Source of the DNA: Lingula anatina
Lineage: Eukaryota > Animalia > Brachiopoda
Assembly (NCBI GenBank): GCA_051362555.1
Contig: CM120640.1
Span: 11,408,001 to 11,472,000, forward strand
Direction: 5' to 3'
DNA length: 64,000 nt
Part shown: positions 1-13,497 of the stretch, in pieces
Layout: the number at the start of each line of letters is the position of its first letter
How positions within the stretch are numbered: the first letter of the stretch is position 1
The notes under the pieces: generated by a model
Told to the model about the DNA's origin: nothing
The model's input: only the letters and a program-made list of their open reading frames with translations
Database searches by the model: none
Translations under genes and position numbers: made by a program

Positions 1-997
1 TGGGCTGTTATTCCCCAATTTTTGGTGAAATAGCAATCCAGGGTTAAAAGTAAAGCAATCATGCTCAATAACAGAAAAAAAATGATAATTAAAATAAGTA
101 AATAAAAATTAAATGTTAATATCTGCAAACATTAAATCAGTTAAGATCTGTCTGACTAGAACTTCACACATCAAACATTCTAAGATCAAATTGTTATTGT
201 GAATGGAAAAATTAGTATAATGAAAACATCAATATCATTTTACAAAAAAAAAAAAAAAAAAAAAAAAAAGTTGAACTAACAACAGCACAATGAAGTCCAA
301 CAGATAAGAAATCCACAATACATAAGCAGTAATTACTGCAGTTTCACAGACATTACAAAAAATGCACAGGCCTCCAAAGCTTAAAAGCAAAAGTATAACA
401 AAAAAGGCAAGCTATGGATAAACAATAACCACTCAGCCAACCTTTCAGTGTGTGAAGGGCATGTCCTAGAATGCAAAATCATTAATGATCACAATACCAA
501 TGATATGGAAGATATGTAAAACAACTAAAGCTATATTCCGCCCCAGACCTGACTCCTGGCAACACTGACTCTCAGAGTGGTATCATAAAACATTACCCAG
601 ATTTATATGAAATTGTAACTGAGAGTGAGCCAACATGGAAAAAGCTTTTGGTCAATAAAACAATGCAATAAATGACAATCTTTCTGAGCTTTTTTAATGT
701 CAAATAAAAACAGTGAAAGCAAAGAGTATCCTGAAAACATATCTTCAAAGCATAAATTTTTACGAGACAAAATTTATAATACAACAAGTTTTGTGGTGCA
801 CTTTGGTAAAAATGCATGTATTTCAACAAGGAAGGAAGTATTTCATTCAACAAATGGTTATCCAATTGCACATCTTGGAGCATTTGAGATAAAAAAAGTG
901 ATTTTGAATCTTGTGAAAACAGGCATCATATTGCATTTACTGATTTGATTTGATATATAACACAGACTTTTTAACACCTGCACAGCACAATTCCTAC

Positions 998-3900
998 CTG
1001 TAATCAAGGCCACCTGTTTCATGGCCTCCCCTCCCATCAGATGGAGCACCTTCACAATATGATTCATATTCTTCCCACAGGCCAATATAGACTCCTGAAC
1101 CTAGATTTACATCACAAAAAATCAGTGTTTGCAGATAGGTAAAAAACCATACAACTTATACATTTGTGAAAATTAAACAAATGTAGGGCCCATCCACAAA
1201 ATTGTTGACATCTGACAATTAAGTAAAAAGATATCTCACATCCACAATGTAGGTACAAGACAAAGACATCTTAATCAAGTATACTATATTAACTGATTTC
1301 TGCTCCAAATTCAACATAGGATATTAAATGTTTGAATTAAATTAAATATATAATCAATGGAGACTGCACTTACCTCCTTTCCATATGAGAGTGGTGCACT
1401 CATGCTTTCTTGGGCCTGTTGTGGAACGCGACGCTTGATCTAGAGATAAAACATATAAAAACACTGACTTAGGTATTTTAAAAATCGTCACCTCCTTTAA
1501 AATGTAAAATGTAAAATAATTTTAAAACTGACCCAGTATTGTTCACTACCTTAAATATACACATTTAATATTCCACATAGTCTTACCTTTCTTGCAGCCA
1601 GTCTAGTATCATTGCAGTAGGATTCAAGATCTTTCAACAAAATGGAAATATCACTGGTTTCTTGTTTTGGCTGAAAAAAATATAGTAGTAAACTGCAGCA
1701 TGCTATCATATTAGCTAAATGCAAATACGTCACTTTTTCCCTTTTTGATTACATTACAGATGAAATAAAGTGCTCTATTAAAACTAAGTGTACCCTCGAT
1801 GCTAACACAAGAAGGATAATCATCATACCACCCTATGTAATAGACATTTACCTGTAGCAGTAGCTTGAGTCTGGTGATGTCTACACTGACACAGTCACAA
1901 GCATTGAGAATCTGCTTGACATGATCTGCCATCAGCACAGTCTGGTCAACCTTCTCCTGGGCCAGGTGAACACTATACAGGTGCTAGAGTGGTAAACCAG
2001 AAGAAATGTATTGTTATGTTTTCATTACTTTCAAATTGCCCTTTTCTATATTCATATATATGCTTTTAGGAAAAGGAAAGTTGCCCACTGTAACTGTTAT
2101 GTAAAAAGATCTTAACTGCATACACCTCACATACCCAAATATCATTCCTTGCTGCACATATATACTTATCTAAGGGACAACTTCAATTTAACCAACTGTT
2201 ACAACCATTAAGACAAATTCTTCCAATGGAAAAACATTTTTCGTGAACATCTAAAATGTCACATATCAAGCAAATTTAAAGCATGACAATTATAGTATAA
2301 TGTTCATGATTATTATAAATCATAGTGATGATACTCACATGGAAATATGAGATTGACCTCTCTAAATTCTCTAGTGAGACTGTTTCATCCAGCTGATCTT
2401 TCCTTAGCAGTTCAATGTAGTGGTCTAGGTGCTTTTCATGGATAGCCATCTCTGGCAACAATGTCCCCACCTTCAGGAAGAGTTCAACACTACAAGTGTT
2501 CAGTGCACTGAAGTAGGAGAAAGTAAATATAATATACAGTCAAAAAGTAAGGAAGTATTTCAATCAAATATAAAACATGAAGTAGTTCAGCAACTATTTT
2601 GGAGTACAGAAAAAACTGTTTTGAATAATGATCAGAAAAAGATGTATGCATAAGAAGTTCCCAAGAATATACAGTATTAACTGTCACATTTTTTCATAAT
2701 TCTAAATTCCAAGAAACTTAATAAAAAAAATAATGAAAAAAAAGTTGTTACATACCTCTCATATTGGTGGAGATTGTTCTGTAATATACTTAGCATGTGC
2801 ACAAACTGGCATCCATAGCTGTACTGCTCTGCTTTGGGGCTTTTGAGAACCTGCTCTCTTGTAATGGATTCTGGAGCCTCAAACTGGAATATAAGAAAGA
2901 GCATCTTAAATATAACCATTATAAAATTAAAGTTAACACGGCTACAAGAAACAGTATAGGTTGTTCAAATAACAAAAAGGTTACCTTTTAAAAGAAAAGA
3001 TTTGAGAGTTAGCTACAGAAAGACATTCCATTTAATCTCAAAAACTATGACATTGTCATTCCTACATTCTCCCTCAAATCACTGCCATACAAATTTCATT
3101 TGAATAAACATCAAATGCTTTTTGATTAAAGAAAATCCCATAATATATTATAACCCATCTAACCTTTGATCTAGCTTGATTGATCAATAGGTCAGCTTTC
3201 TGGATCAACCTGGGTATTAGCAACAGGGCAAGAAGGGCATCATGGTCTCCTGGAATAAAGATAGCACTTCGACATTAATTTTTTCCTCAAATACCTATAA
3301 ACGAGCAATGCAAATAATGGAAATCAATTCAGTTTTTAATAGGCTTAATTTTCACATTTACTTGGAAACAAGGTGAAGTAGAAAACATGTGCATTATCAC
3401 TGAGGAGAGTTATAACCTTTATTGGTCTTAACTTTTAACTTGAGTATATGTATATGTATACCTACCTCCTCTTCTTATGAAACTCTCAGGCATGAAGGAG
3501 CAGAGAAGGGACACATGCTTGTTGGCCTGTTTCACATCCAACTGACGTATTTCCATGTCAATAGCCTAAAGCATAAAAATGATATAATATATATTACACT
3601 GATGAAACTTATGGTTTGTAAAAATTTTTAAACAGAGTCAAAAAGTTTCTTTTTAGCAGCATGTAAAATTTCACATACATTGTGCATGAAGTGACATAAT
3701 CTTTCATAAACAGTACAAAGATCTGCCTAAACATAAAGACAGAAGAAGAAAGCAAGACATACATATTCAATAATTGAAGCACTATCTTGTGTACAAAATT
3801 GGATGTTATTTCTACACCAGCATAGAAATCTAGGAACTTTATATAATGTGCTTGAATGACACAAACACTTACTTTGGCAAATGCCTTGGTCTCAATCAAT

Positions 3901-6900
3901 TTGGATTTGAAGTCAAACATTTCAATAGGTGGTGCTTGCTTCTGTGTCACTGTCTCAACCTGCTTGTTCATCAGCTCCTGGTTGGCCTCCTGGAATACAA
4001 ATAATAATTTGTGTAAAATCTTAAAGCATTAGCAGGATACTTATGGTTTGAAAATGAAATAAATGACATTCACACCACCACAACAGAATAAGTAAAAATA
4101 AAACTGTTTGGCATTAATACACTTATGTTTTGAACAGTAAAGAGACGTGAAGCATTAATGTTTATTGAATACCCACTCTCCCTCTCACTTAAGTTCAACC
4201 GAAGAAAAAAAAAATTAAATCAATTTTACCTGAAGTTGTGCAACCAGCTCTCTAAATTTGGCAATGGTGCTTTCATAATCTGCTATAGTCTCTTGGGTGG
4301 CATCCAATTTCCTTTGAGCCTGATAAAGGTAAAAATTTACTAACTAAAAGTAAAAACATCTTTCTGGCTTTTGTACTTAATTATGACAATATCAAGCTAA
4401 ACTTACATATGACTGTAAGGTGACCATGCAAAACTATAGCCACACATTTATATGCTAGCCTTACTTCATGAACTTTTGCCCTAGTGAGGTCAAGTTCCTC
4501 TCTCAGTTCAAGCTCTCCTTCCCTTGCTGTCTCCTGGAGTTCCTCGTTCATTTCATGTAGCGCTTCCTAGATGGAGAATAAGAAAATTTTGTAGTCAAAA
4601 TATCAACTAATGACATGGAATATATACAACACCAAAGTGAAGGGACATTTTCAAAAATTCAACTGATATTTAAATTGTTGGTGCAAAGGATGTTTTGATG
4701 TAAAGCAAGTTGTTAAGAGTGCAATGCACCTCGATTCAAGCAGAAATAAATAGCAGGTAGGCAAATGTTCACCTACCAGGTCTGCTCTCTCTTCCTCCAA
4801 CTCTTGAATCCTCTCTTCTAAAGCAAGGTTTCTATCAGTCAGATTTTCAACCATTTCTTCAGCACCAGTTGCAGCATCAACCTAGTAAACAGTTGAGACA
4901 ATTTAGGACAATCAGTATTAATCAGTGATATATAAATTTTGAAGTATAATAGCACTCTTGTCATCATTTTGGCATTAAATATAAAAGACCAAATGCAATC
5001 ATGAGAAGAAAATTCTACCTGTTCTTGAATTTCCAATATCTGATCTTGTAACTCCTTGACTTCTTCTGTCAGTCTGTCTTTATCCTTGGTCAAATTATTG
5101 ATCTCTGTTGTTTTCAGGTCCAGCTGTTTCTTTAATTGAGAAAGTTCTTGTTTCTCTTGGTTAGAGAGGTCCCTCATCCTAAAGTAAAGCAGTCCTCAGT
5201 TAAGTTATACATACAGCAAACCAAGTAAAACTGGACAAAGACTAATGTTACAGTTTGATAAAATCATTATCAATTAATTTCAACTTGTAACTGCACAGCA
5301 AGGAACCTATATTAAAACAACTGAATTACTCACTTAACCAAGGCCTCCTTCAGTCGCTCATTTTGCTGCTCCATTTGTTTAACTTGGTAGTTAGTGGCCC
5401 CACCCTCTGTGCCTGGGGAAAATATAGCAGTTCTTATAAACACTAATAATACATATATGCAAATGACCTCAATCAATATTGAATTAAAAGTTTTTGATTG
5501 AGGAACATTGGGCGTTCCAGAGAATTAGTCACCAAATTAATTTATGTAATGGGCACTACAAGCACAGTTTGTGTTAAAAAAGCTATCATTGATACACATG
5601 TACATTTTGTATACCTTAAGTTACTATGTACAAATGACATTTAAAATGCAAGCATCTATGAATAGCAACAAGTATAAATCAACTGCCTTTTACAACCTGA
5701 TTTACTCAAGTCTTCCTTCATAATCTCCAAATCCAAAGTGAGCTCTTCCACTTTTTCCTTCAAAGAATCAACTTCTAACTGCAAATTTTCACACTGAAAA
5801 AAGAATAGCACATTCTTTTAACGGATCAAACATTTATACTTATACATCATTAAAAGTCAGCCTTCAAAATACATCAATAATACTTCAGAATACACCAAAC
5901 AAAACAAGTTAACAATTTCACAGTGTGAATATTTGGAAACATTTTACATAAAATTTTCACCTTTTCTTCTGCCATTTCTTTGTCCAAAGTGGCTATTTCC
6001 ACTGTTTCTGCAAGGTCTGACATTTCATCTTTGTAACGATCATAAGCTTCTTGGGCATCTTTTGCTTCCTATAAAGAGATCCGTACTTAGACATAATAAA
6101 CATGTATACATATTTCACAATTTCCTTATAGGTTGTCATTTACCTTTAGACTGAAAAAAAAACTGCTAATGAGATGTGAGTACAAAGTAATTACCTTTGT
6201 TTTCTATCTTTTTAAGGTAATCAATATTTACTTTTTACATACCTTTTTAGAAGCTTGCAACTGTCTTTGCAAATCTGTTTGCAACTCTTGCATCTTAGTT
6301 TTGTATTCTTGAAGCTAAAAGAAAATATATATACAAATGTATGGCCTAGTGTCTGTATCAAGACTGGATGATAAACAAACGTCAGTCTTAAAACTTGGGA
6401 ATCACCTTATAAAACGGAGAATAAAATTCCAAAGCAGAACAAATGCTGCTACACATTGAAATGCCTGCTTAGAATAATATAAATCTATATGATCTTTAAA
6501 ACACTTAAATAATGAAGCCCATATAATTATAAACTTGATCTGTGTTGTAGCCTTGCTGAGGATTAAAGGTAAATTGCAGAAAAATGTCCAATTTTGTTTA
6601 TATCACAGATACCAGACATGCTGAAACTGTCGGTCCGATCGGTCATGACTGGGAAAATTTGTCTGGACCGGTAGAAAATTGGACTTGGTCAGTCCAAAGG
6701 ACCGACAAGAGTGTTAAAAACCGCAATTTTGAATTTACAGTCATCTTTTGACATACTTCACTAATAAAATTATCTAAAGCGTTTTTTTCCCTTCCATTTC
6801 AAAACTATCACATTCACAAACAAAGTAAGCTACCCTAATCGTACTGGTAGTATCTGTCTCAAACGAATAGAGTGATTTCCGGTCCGACAAAAATCCATTT

Positions 6901-7255
6901 GGTCCAAAAATTTTTCATTACTGCCGGTCCAAATGTCTGGCCATTCTGAAAAGTTTTCAGCATGTCTGAGATACTACAGGATATCATACCTGCTGAAGTT
7001 GTATCTTGGCTTTTTCAAACTCCTTCAATTTTACTTTATCTTCTGCTCTCTTCACTTTCAATGTTTCCAGTTTTTCCTCCAGGTCTTTGATATCTGCCTT
7101 GTAGTTCTCCACTTCCTGCTGTTGCTGAAGACTGCTCATCTGGCTGTCTATACTAGCTGACATCACTGATATATCAGCAGCTGAAGCCTGCAAAACACAC
7201 AAGTATAAATAAAAAATGTGTAAGATTTTGTCTCAAAGTATTCTTTAAAATAAAA

Positions 7256-7326
<71 letters not shown>

Positions 7327-10300
7327 GGGGGTGGCATAAACATTGAAAAAATTGGTAGTTTATTAGCAAGATTCACAAACCAGTGTTCCTGGTTTAAAGA
7401 TCATTATAAAACCAACTTAGATCTACCTATAACACCTTAATGCATTTGTACACAACAAATATATGTGAAATCTTATTGTGGGGTGTAGTCTAATTTTGAA
7501 TTTGAGTGTAGATAATAAAAAGTAACCACATAAATAACCTGCCTCTTATCATATTGTAAATTATTCTGTGCCAGCACTTCTCATTAAACAAAAAGCTTAG
7601 TTTACACGTATACAAATAAAGGATGTTAAGTATTGTATTAGGCTGTTGGGAAGAAATTACAAATCGGACAAATTAAGACACTTTTGCAGGTAAATTGTAC
7701 ATTCTTCATGGTTTAAGATCCCATAAATAAAAAAATCAAGTGTTGGTCTACAGCTAATAAAGGCACATCTGGCATGCAAATATAAACCAAGGCTTTGGTT
7801 AAAGGAAATTCAAGATATATAGTAAAGCTAATATATATGAATAAAGAAAACAGAAAGAATAGAAACATACAGCCCTATAAATGTGCTGGTCTTAGCTGGG
7901 CTATTTCAATTGTTTTTATAATTGTTTTAAAAACCTGTCCTTAAAATAATCAAGAGTTGGAAATACAATTTTGAAACATATACGTTTAAACTCTAGCATG
8001 TAATGTTGAATTACATTTAAATAACTGTTGGTTACATTGCTAAAAAAGCATTTTTTTTTTCAATTATATCTTCCACCTTAGTAATATAATATGGTCATTT
8101 CACATTTAGTAGACAACATGCAATATATTTCTATTAAGTGGGTTTGATATAATAGTTAACCCTTCTTCACAGTTTTCCCTAATCATTGCACTGTACATAT
8201 TTCTGTTCTCAATATAATTTTCATAATGTATATCAATGTAAATCAAAATATTTACTTTGAAAAAGAAAATTGTATTTATCCTGGTAAATGGATATTCATC
8301 TAATATAATAGTAGTAGTGAATTTATTTGCAGTCCTAGCAAACTGAAAAGTACACAACTTTGGGTATGATAAATCCAGAGAGGCTTTTTCTGACGAGAGA
8401 AAACTGTGATCAGACAAACTGGATTCTATTACAGCCATGCACTGACAACATACTTATACTTTACCTGTGAAAGAGGTCTTTTCTTTTTCCCATCTGTAGT
8501 CTTCAAACAAGCAACACATATATTTACTTTCAAAAACACACCGACATTCTATACCAAGATAATTCTGTCAGTAAAACCTTCCTTAATGTCTTGGAGTACA
8601 AGTTCTTATTTTACATATCTACTGGCTACTGAGTACATTCACTATTTCTTTGACATTTTACCAGGTTTTCAAATTTTGAGAGAAAATGGGAATCCTTATT
8701 CAATACAATCATTATTTACCTGAGACAAAGACCTCCTTTTGCTTTCTGGCTTTGACCCTAGTGCCTCCTCCTCTGCTGGGGTCGTAGGACTGCCATCTTT
8801 GCCCTTAGCAGCCTGGGCCAAGTCTTCCCTGCCTAAAAAGGGACAAACATTTATTTTACAATAATTTTTGTTTGAAAATCAACTTAAGTCAAAAATTGTA
8901 CATTAGGTAAAACATAAGCTAAATACCAAAAATTCATAAAATAACGTCTTTACACAAGTACCAATACAGTACTAATAGTAATACAACACAATAAGTACAG
9001 AAACCATGCTCACTGGACACTTTGCTTGGTGGTCTGAGACCAGAGATCCTGCCCTGTTTCTTTTCAGATGGCGGGGGTCTGGCTGGGGTGGCTTCAGAGG
9101 TGGGTGTGGCTGCTTGAGGAGCCTCCCCTGGGGTGGATGGGGACGCGCCCGACGAGCCATCTATGGGAGCAATCTGGAATATACAAGCAGGTATAAGAAG
9201 ACATTCCACGGAACTTATATAAAAACTGTAATACTGAAGTAAACTCTGCACTGCAATGTTCCTTCACATTATCAACTAGAGGATCAGAGAGGCGATACCG
9301 CCTCCGAATATTGTACCACCAGCTGGAGCAAGCGCATTCGTATAGACCCCCACATACACAAAATAAGGGACACAGCCACCAGTTTTGTGCTTGACAAGCT
9401 GTAAAAATGCAATCAACAAGAATTTTTAAACTATTGCAAAAAATATATATGGTACAATCAAATTTAAGTTCTTCGTAAGGTAGGTCAAGGGTCAATTTCA
9501 AGGTCACAGTAAATTGCCAGTATATGACTTCCTATTCAAGTTCAAGAGTAACTATGGACCTATCTCTGTCAAGTTTGAAGTTAAAAGAGAAAGAAATTAC
9601 CAGAGTTCAGTTCATGATAAAAAGTAGGTCAAAGGTCAATTTCAAGGTCACATTTAGATTGCCAGTATATGACTTCCTATTCAAGTTCAATAGTAACTAC
9701 GGACCTATCTCAGCCAGTTTTGGAGATAAAAGGAAAGCAAAATTTGCAAAATTCAGTTTATGGTGTAAAGTAGGTCAAAGGTCAATTTTAAGGTCACATT
9801 TAGATTGCCAGTATATGACTTCCTTTTCAAGTTCAATTGTAACTACGGACCTATCTCAGCCAGTTTTGGAGATAAAAGGAAAGCAAAATTAGCAAAATTC
9901 AGTTTATGGTGTAAAGTAGGTCAAAGGTCAATTTTAAGGTCACATTTAGATTGCCAGTATATGACTTCCTTTTCAAGTTCAATAGTAACTATGGACCTAT
10001 CTCAGCCAGTTTTGGAGATAAAAGGGAAGCAAAATTTGCAAAATTCAGTTCATGGTGAAAAGTAGGTCAAAGGTCAATTTCAAGGTCACATTTAGATTGC
10101 CAGTATATGACTTCCTATTCAAGTTCAATAGTAACTATGGACCTATCTCTGCCAGTTTTGGAGATAAAAGGGAAGCAAAATTTGCAAAGTTCAGTTTATG
10201 GTGAAAAGTAGGTCAAAGGTCAATTTTGAGGTCACATTTAGATTGCCAGTATATGACTTCCTATTCAAGTTCAATAGTAACTACGGACCTATCTCAGCCA

Positions 10301-12727
10301 GTTTTGGAGATAAAAGGAAAGCAAAATTTGCAAAATTCAGTTCATGGTGTAAAGTAGGTCAAAGGTCAATTTTGAGGTCACATTTAGATTGCCAGTATAT
10401 GACTTCCTATTCAAGTTCAATAGTAACTATGGACCTATCTCTGCCAGTTTTGGAGATAAAAGGGAAGCAAGTTTTGCAAAGTTCAGTTTATGGTGAAAAG
10501 TAGGTCAAAGGTCAATTTTAAGGTCACATTTAGATTGCCAGTATATGACTTCCTATTCAAGTTCAATAGTAACTATGGACCTATCTCTGCCAGTTTTGGA
10601 GATAAAAGGGAAGAAAAATTTGCAAAGTTCAGTTCATGGTGAAAAGTAGGTCAAAGGTCACTTTCAAGGTCATAGTAAGATTGCCAGTATATGACTTCCT
10701 ATTCAAGTTCAATAGTAACTATGGACCTATCTCTGCCAGTTTTGGAGATAAAAGGGAAGAAAAATTTGCAAAGTTCAGTTCATGGTGAAAAGTAGGTCAA
10801 AGGTCACTTTCAAGGTCATAGTAAGATTGCCAGTATATGACTTCCTATTCAACTTCAATAGTAACTATGGACCTATCTCTGCCAGTTTTGGAGATAAAAG
10901 GGAAGAAAAATTTGCAAAGTTCAGTTCATGGTGAAAAGTAGGTCAAAGGTCACTTTCAAGGTCATAGTAAGATTGCCAGTATATGACTTCCTATTCAACT
11001 TCAATAGTAACTATGGTCCTATCTCTGCCAGTTTTGGAGATATAAGGGACTAAATGTTATAATTTTGGAGTTACCATAATGTGCCTTAAATTTCGTACAG
11101 AAAAAATTAATTAAAATAAAGAAAATGTCATTTTGGTGAAAATTCTTGAAATAGGAGGTGCTCTGAAGTTTCAGAAGTTCAAATTTGATGAAATAATGTC
11201 ATTTTTGAACACAAGTTGTCTGCTTTGCCAAGCCTTATGTTTTATTTTTCCAGAGTTCAAAATTTATTATCCATTACCGTACTGCACATTTTGCTTTTAC
11301 CACCAATATGTACTTTTTGATACAGCGTAACTCGAAAACCGTATGGAATACAAAAAAACCGAGACCACCTCCAGTGTTGGGCTTTACATGCTCTACAAAA
11401 TGCAAAAAAGAATGGGTCTCTAGCATTAACGGTTCCCGAATTAGAGACAGTTTTCAGTTTCGGTATCTTATGGCCGCTACTCCCGTGAAAATGCACCGAT
11501 TGACCCCAAATTCATGGAGATGAAAGATGACCTGAAGGGTAACACCTTCCAATAATATTATTGGTTAAGTCTGTGTGGTGTCTGAATAACAGGGCAAAAA
11601 ATTTTTTTTTCGTAAAAAATTTCATTTTTTTGAAAATTTTGGCCCATTTGACCTTGGAGTAAAGGTCAAAGGTCAAATCCAAGGGTATATTTGAAATCTA
11701 CACATATGACTTTTGGAAAGCCGTCTATAGAAAATTTTCCCATAACTCCTTCCGTAGGGTAGATAATTAGCATTTAATTTTGCCATTTTTAGACAAGGGT
11801 GCATTGCAATGAGTGCCACACCCAGACCCCAATACCGACAAAGCCCAAATTTTACGTGGAACGAATTGAGATTATAGGTGACCTAAATCCATGAGATGGG
11901 TACGGGGGCCCTTACCGTCTAGGAGGAGAAGCGGTAACGGTAGCCGTCCGGCGGAGCCGGCGGAGCCAACGGAGCCGGCGGAACGATCCGCACGGGACCG
12001 AAACCATGTGTACCGCCAGCGCTAACGCTGGTGGTACAATGAATCTTTTCTGCATTTTTGACTTAATTTTGATAATTTTAATGTAAATCAAATTTAAAAT
12101 GAAAATACATGTACTGATAAAAACAAAATTTAAAGTATACCTGTGATTGTCTAACAAATATCCCATGGTTATCTTCACATGTGAAGTACTTCTTGCCTTG
12201 CACAGTACCATTATTTTTGCCTTTAGCATCATCCAGAATAACACCTACCCATTTACCTGAAAAACATTTATAAATCTGAAGAAATCAAAAACATCTATTG
12301 AGTTCAAATGATGTCCATAAAACAATGAAATAGTTACAACTTGGTGGAAATCTTTTTTTTTTTTTTTTACAAATAATTCAAGATTGCATATTTTAATCAT
12401 GAAAAACACTGATCTGAATATATCCATATTTTTGTCTTTTGTAACATTATATTAGATCAAAAAAGAGTGATTCTAAGCATTTAGGACTGTTCTTTCAACA
12501 CAATCATTATAACTTGGAATCTTATGCCATATGGGTGTTTTTTTGCAAATCTGCGACTCTTAATATTTCAAGTTTCTGATCAGTGAGTTCCCCATATTGA
12601 TTATATGCCATCATACCACTGATGGATATAACTCACCACTAGAAAATAAGGTGGCTCCTATGTAAGCAACAGTGCCAACCACCCCCTTTCCAATCACTTC
12701 TACCTTGGTGCCAATTTTAATTGACAT
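998..12727 (-). CDS. DCTN1: Dynactin subunit 1 (p150Glued), multi-exon; 3' part continues beyond the window start
   Basis: ATG at 12727. Exons 12637-12727 and 12141-12256 give a CAP-Gly domain ([69 protein letters not shown]). Downstream coiled-coil exons include [72 protein letters not shown] and [22 protein letters not shown]. Introns are GT-AG. A probable non-coding first exon has its donor at 13075. Confidence 0.96.
6613..6968. mobile_element. Non-autonomous hAT-like MITE in a DCTN1 intron, 14-bp TIRs, 6-bp TSD
   Basis: TIR CAGACATGCTGAAA (6613-6626) / TTTCAGCATGTCTG (6955-6968). Direct repeat AGATAC at 6607-6612 and 6969-6974. Repeated internal GGTCC/GGACC motifs. Confidence 0.8.
7250..7325. 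repeat. (TAAA)n microsatellite
   Basis: About 19 tandem TAAA units in a DCTN1 intron. Confidence 0.95.
9274..12040 (-). mobile_element. Helentron-associated non-autonomous element (HINE/DINE-1/pearl-like), copy 1
   Basis: Subterminal inverted repeat ATTGTACCACCAGC (9310-9323) / GCTGGTGGTACAAT (12027-12040). Stem-loop GTACCGCCAGCG-CTAA-CGCTGGTGGTAC (12010-12037) and short hairpin GAGGCG-ATAC-CGCCTC (9289-9304). (CGGAGCCGG)n short repeat at about 11950-11982, an internal tandem array, and a second inverted copy at 25310-28110. Confidence 0.8.
9480..11049. repeat. Tandem array of a 146-bp monomer (about 10.7 copies) inside HINE copy 1
   Basis: The (A/G)AGGTCA register recurs at 9644, 9790, 9936, 10082, 10228, 10374, 10520, 10666, 10812 and 10958, an exact period of 146. 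Confidence 0.97.
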
Positions 12728-13076
12728 CTTTGGGCTAAAAAAAAAACTTATAAAATGATTTTGGATATTAATAATATCAAGGTTTAATGAGGTTTCCTTC
12801 TGTGTGAAGGTGTTTATCAATAAAGATTCAGTGATAAAGTTATTCACACATCACTTTTACTGTTAAAATGAATAGTATAAAACATCGACTGGCCAAGGGG
12901 ATGTAGTAACAAGATGTACTGCACTTATGTTAATAAATTATAAACGGTTTAAAACAATCCGGTAAACATAGCGCAGCTAAGCCGGTTCATTCCGCTGCCA
13001 GTTTGGGATTAAAATACTATGTCCAAAGTCTAGAAATAATATACTTAATCTAATGCATGGTAACGTCGTTCATACC

Positions 13077-13497
13077 TTAAGCAAGCGCCTCGGGTTACTG
13101 GATATTCACACGATTTTATACGTCAAGTACCTACGAATTTTGCAGCCATTACTCATCTCATTCAGTGGCACAATCAGAGCACCGCAGCACACCTGATGCA
13201 ATAAAAAAAAATCGCCGTTTGTTCAACTCGTTATTCAAATGATATAAAGTGAAGGATATAATATGTTTAACATACTTTGCTATTTTATCTACACAGTCGT
13301 AGGGCAGGCTATCACTTGAATATTTATCTTTTTGACAAGTTACATTGCAAATATTCCTTCCTGATTAACCAACATTATTACATATCGATGCATAGTTATT
13401 GCCATTTCATTCACTCACGTTTTATCCCACCGTTGCGTCCATCTCGTAAAGTTGTCAACTTTTTTTCAATTTTTGGGATTGGATTTGATTTCTTTAA
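13077..13497. promoter_or_regulatory. Putative bidirectional promoter / 5' UTR region of DCTN1 and DUSP11
   Basis: About 420 bp between the DCTN1 first-exon donor (13075, - strand) and the DUSP11 ATG (13498, +). Locally CpG-enriched, with TACGTCA at about 13119. Confidence 0.6.

Noticed and set aside
9480-11049. Regular repeat array as a CRISPR array or a repeat-protein CDS (ORFs 9524-9892, 9805-10065, 10198-10503)
   Set aside because: The whole 146-bp unit repeats with no unique spacers, there are no cas genes, and the context is a eukaryotic intron. The period is not a multiple of 3, so the ORFs are frame-shifting artefacts.
12205-12222. CAP-Gly motif GKNNG instead of GKNDG in DCTN1
   Set aside because: This position varies among invertebrate p150 orthologues, so it is not evidence of lost function.
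13123-13149. ATG at 13149 as the DCTN1 start
   Set aside because: It reads MAAKFVGT* and stops before the donor at 13075. At most it is a small uORF; the CAP-Gly frame starts at ATG 12727.
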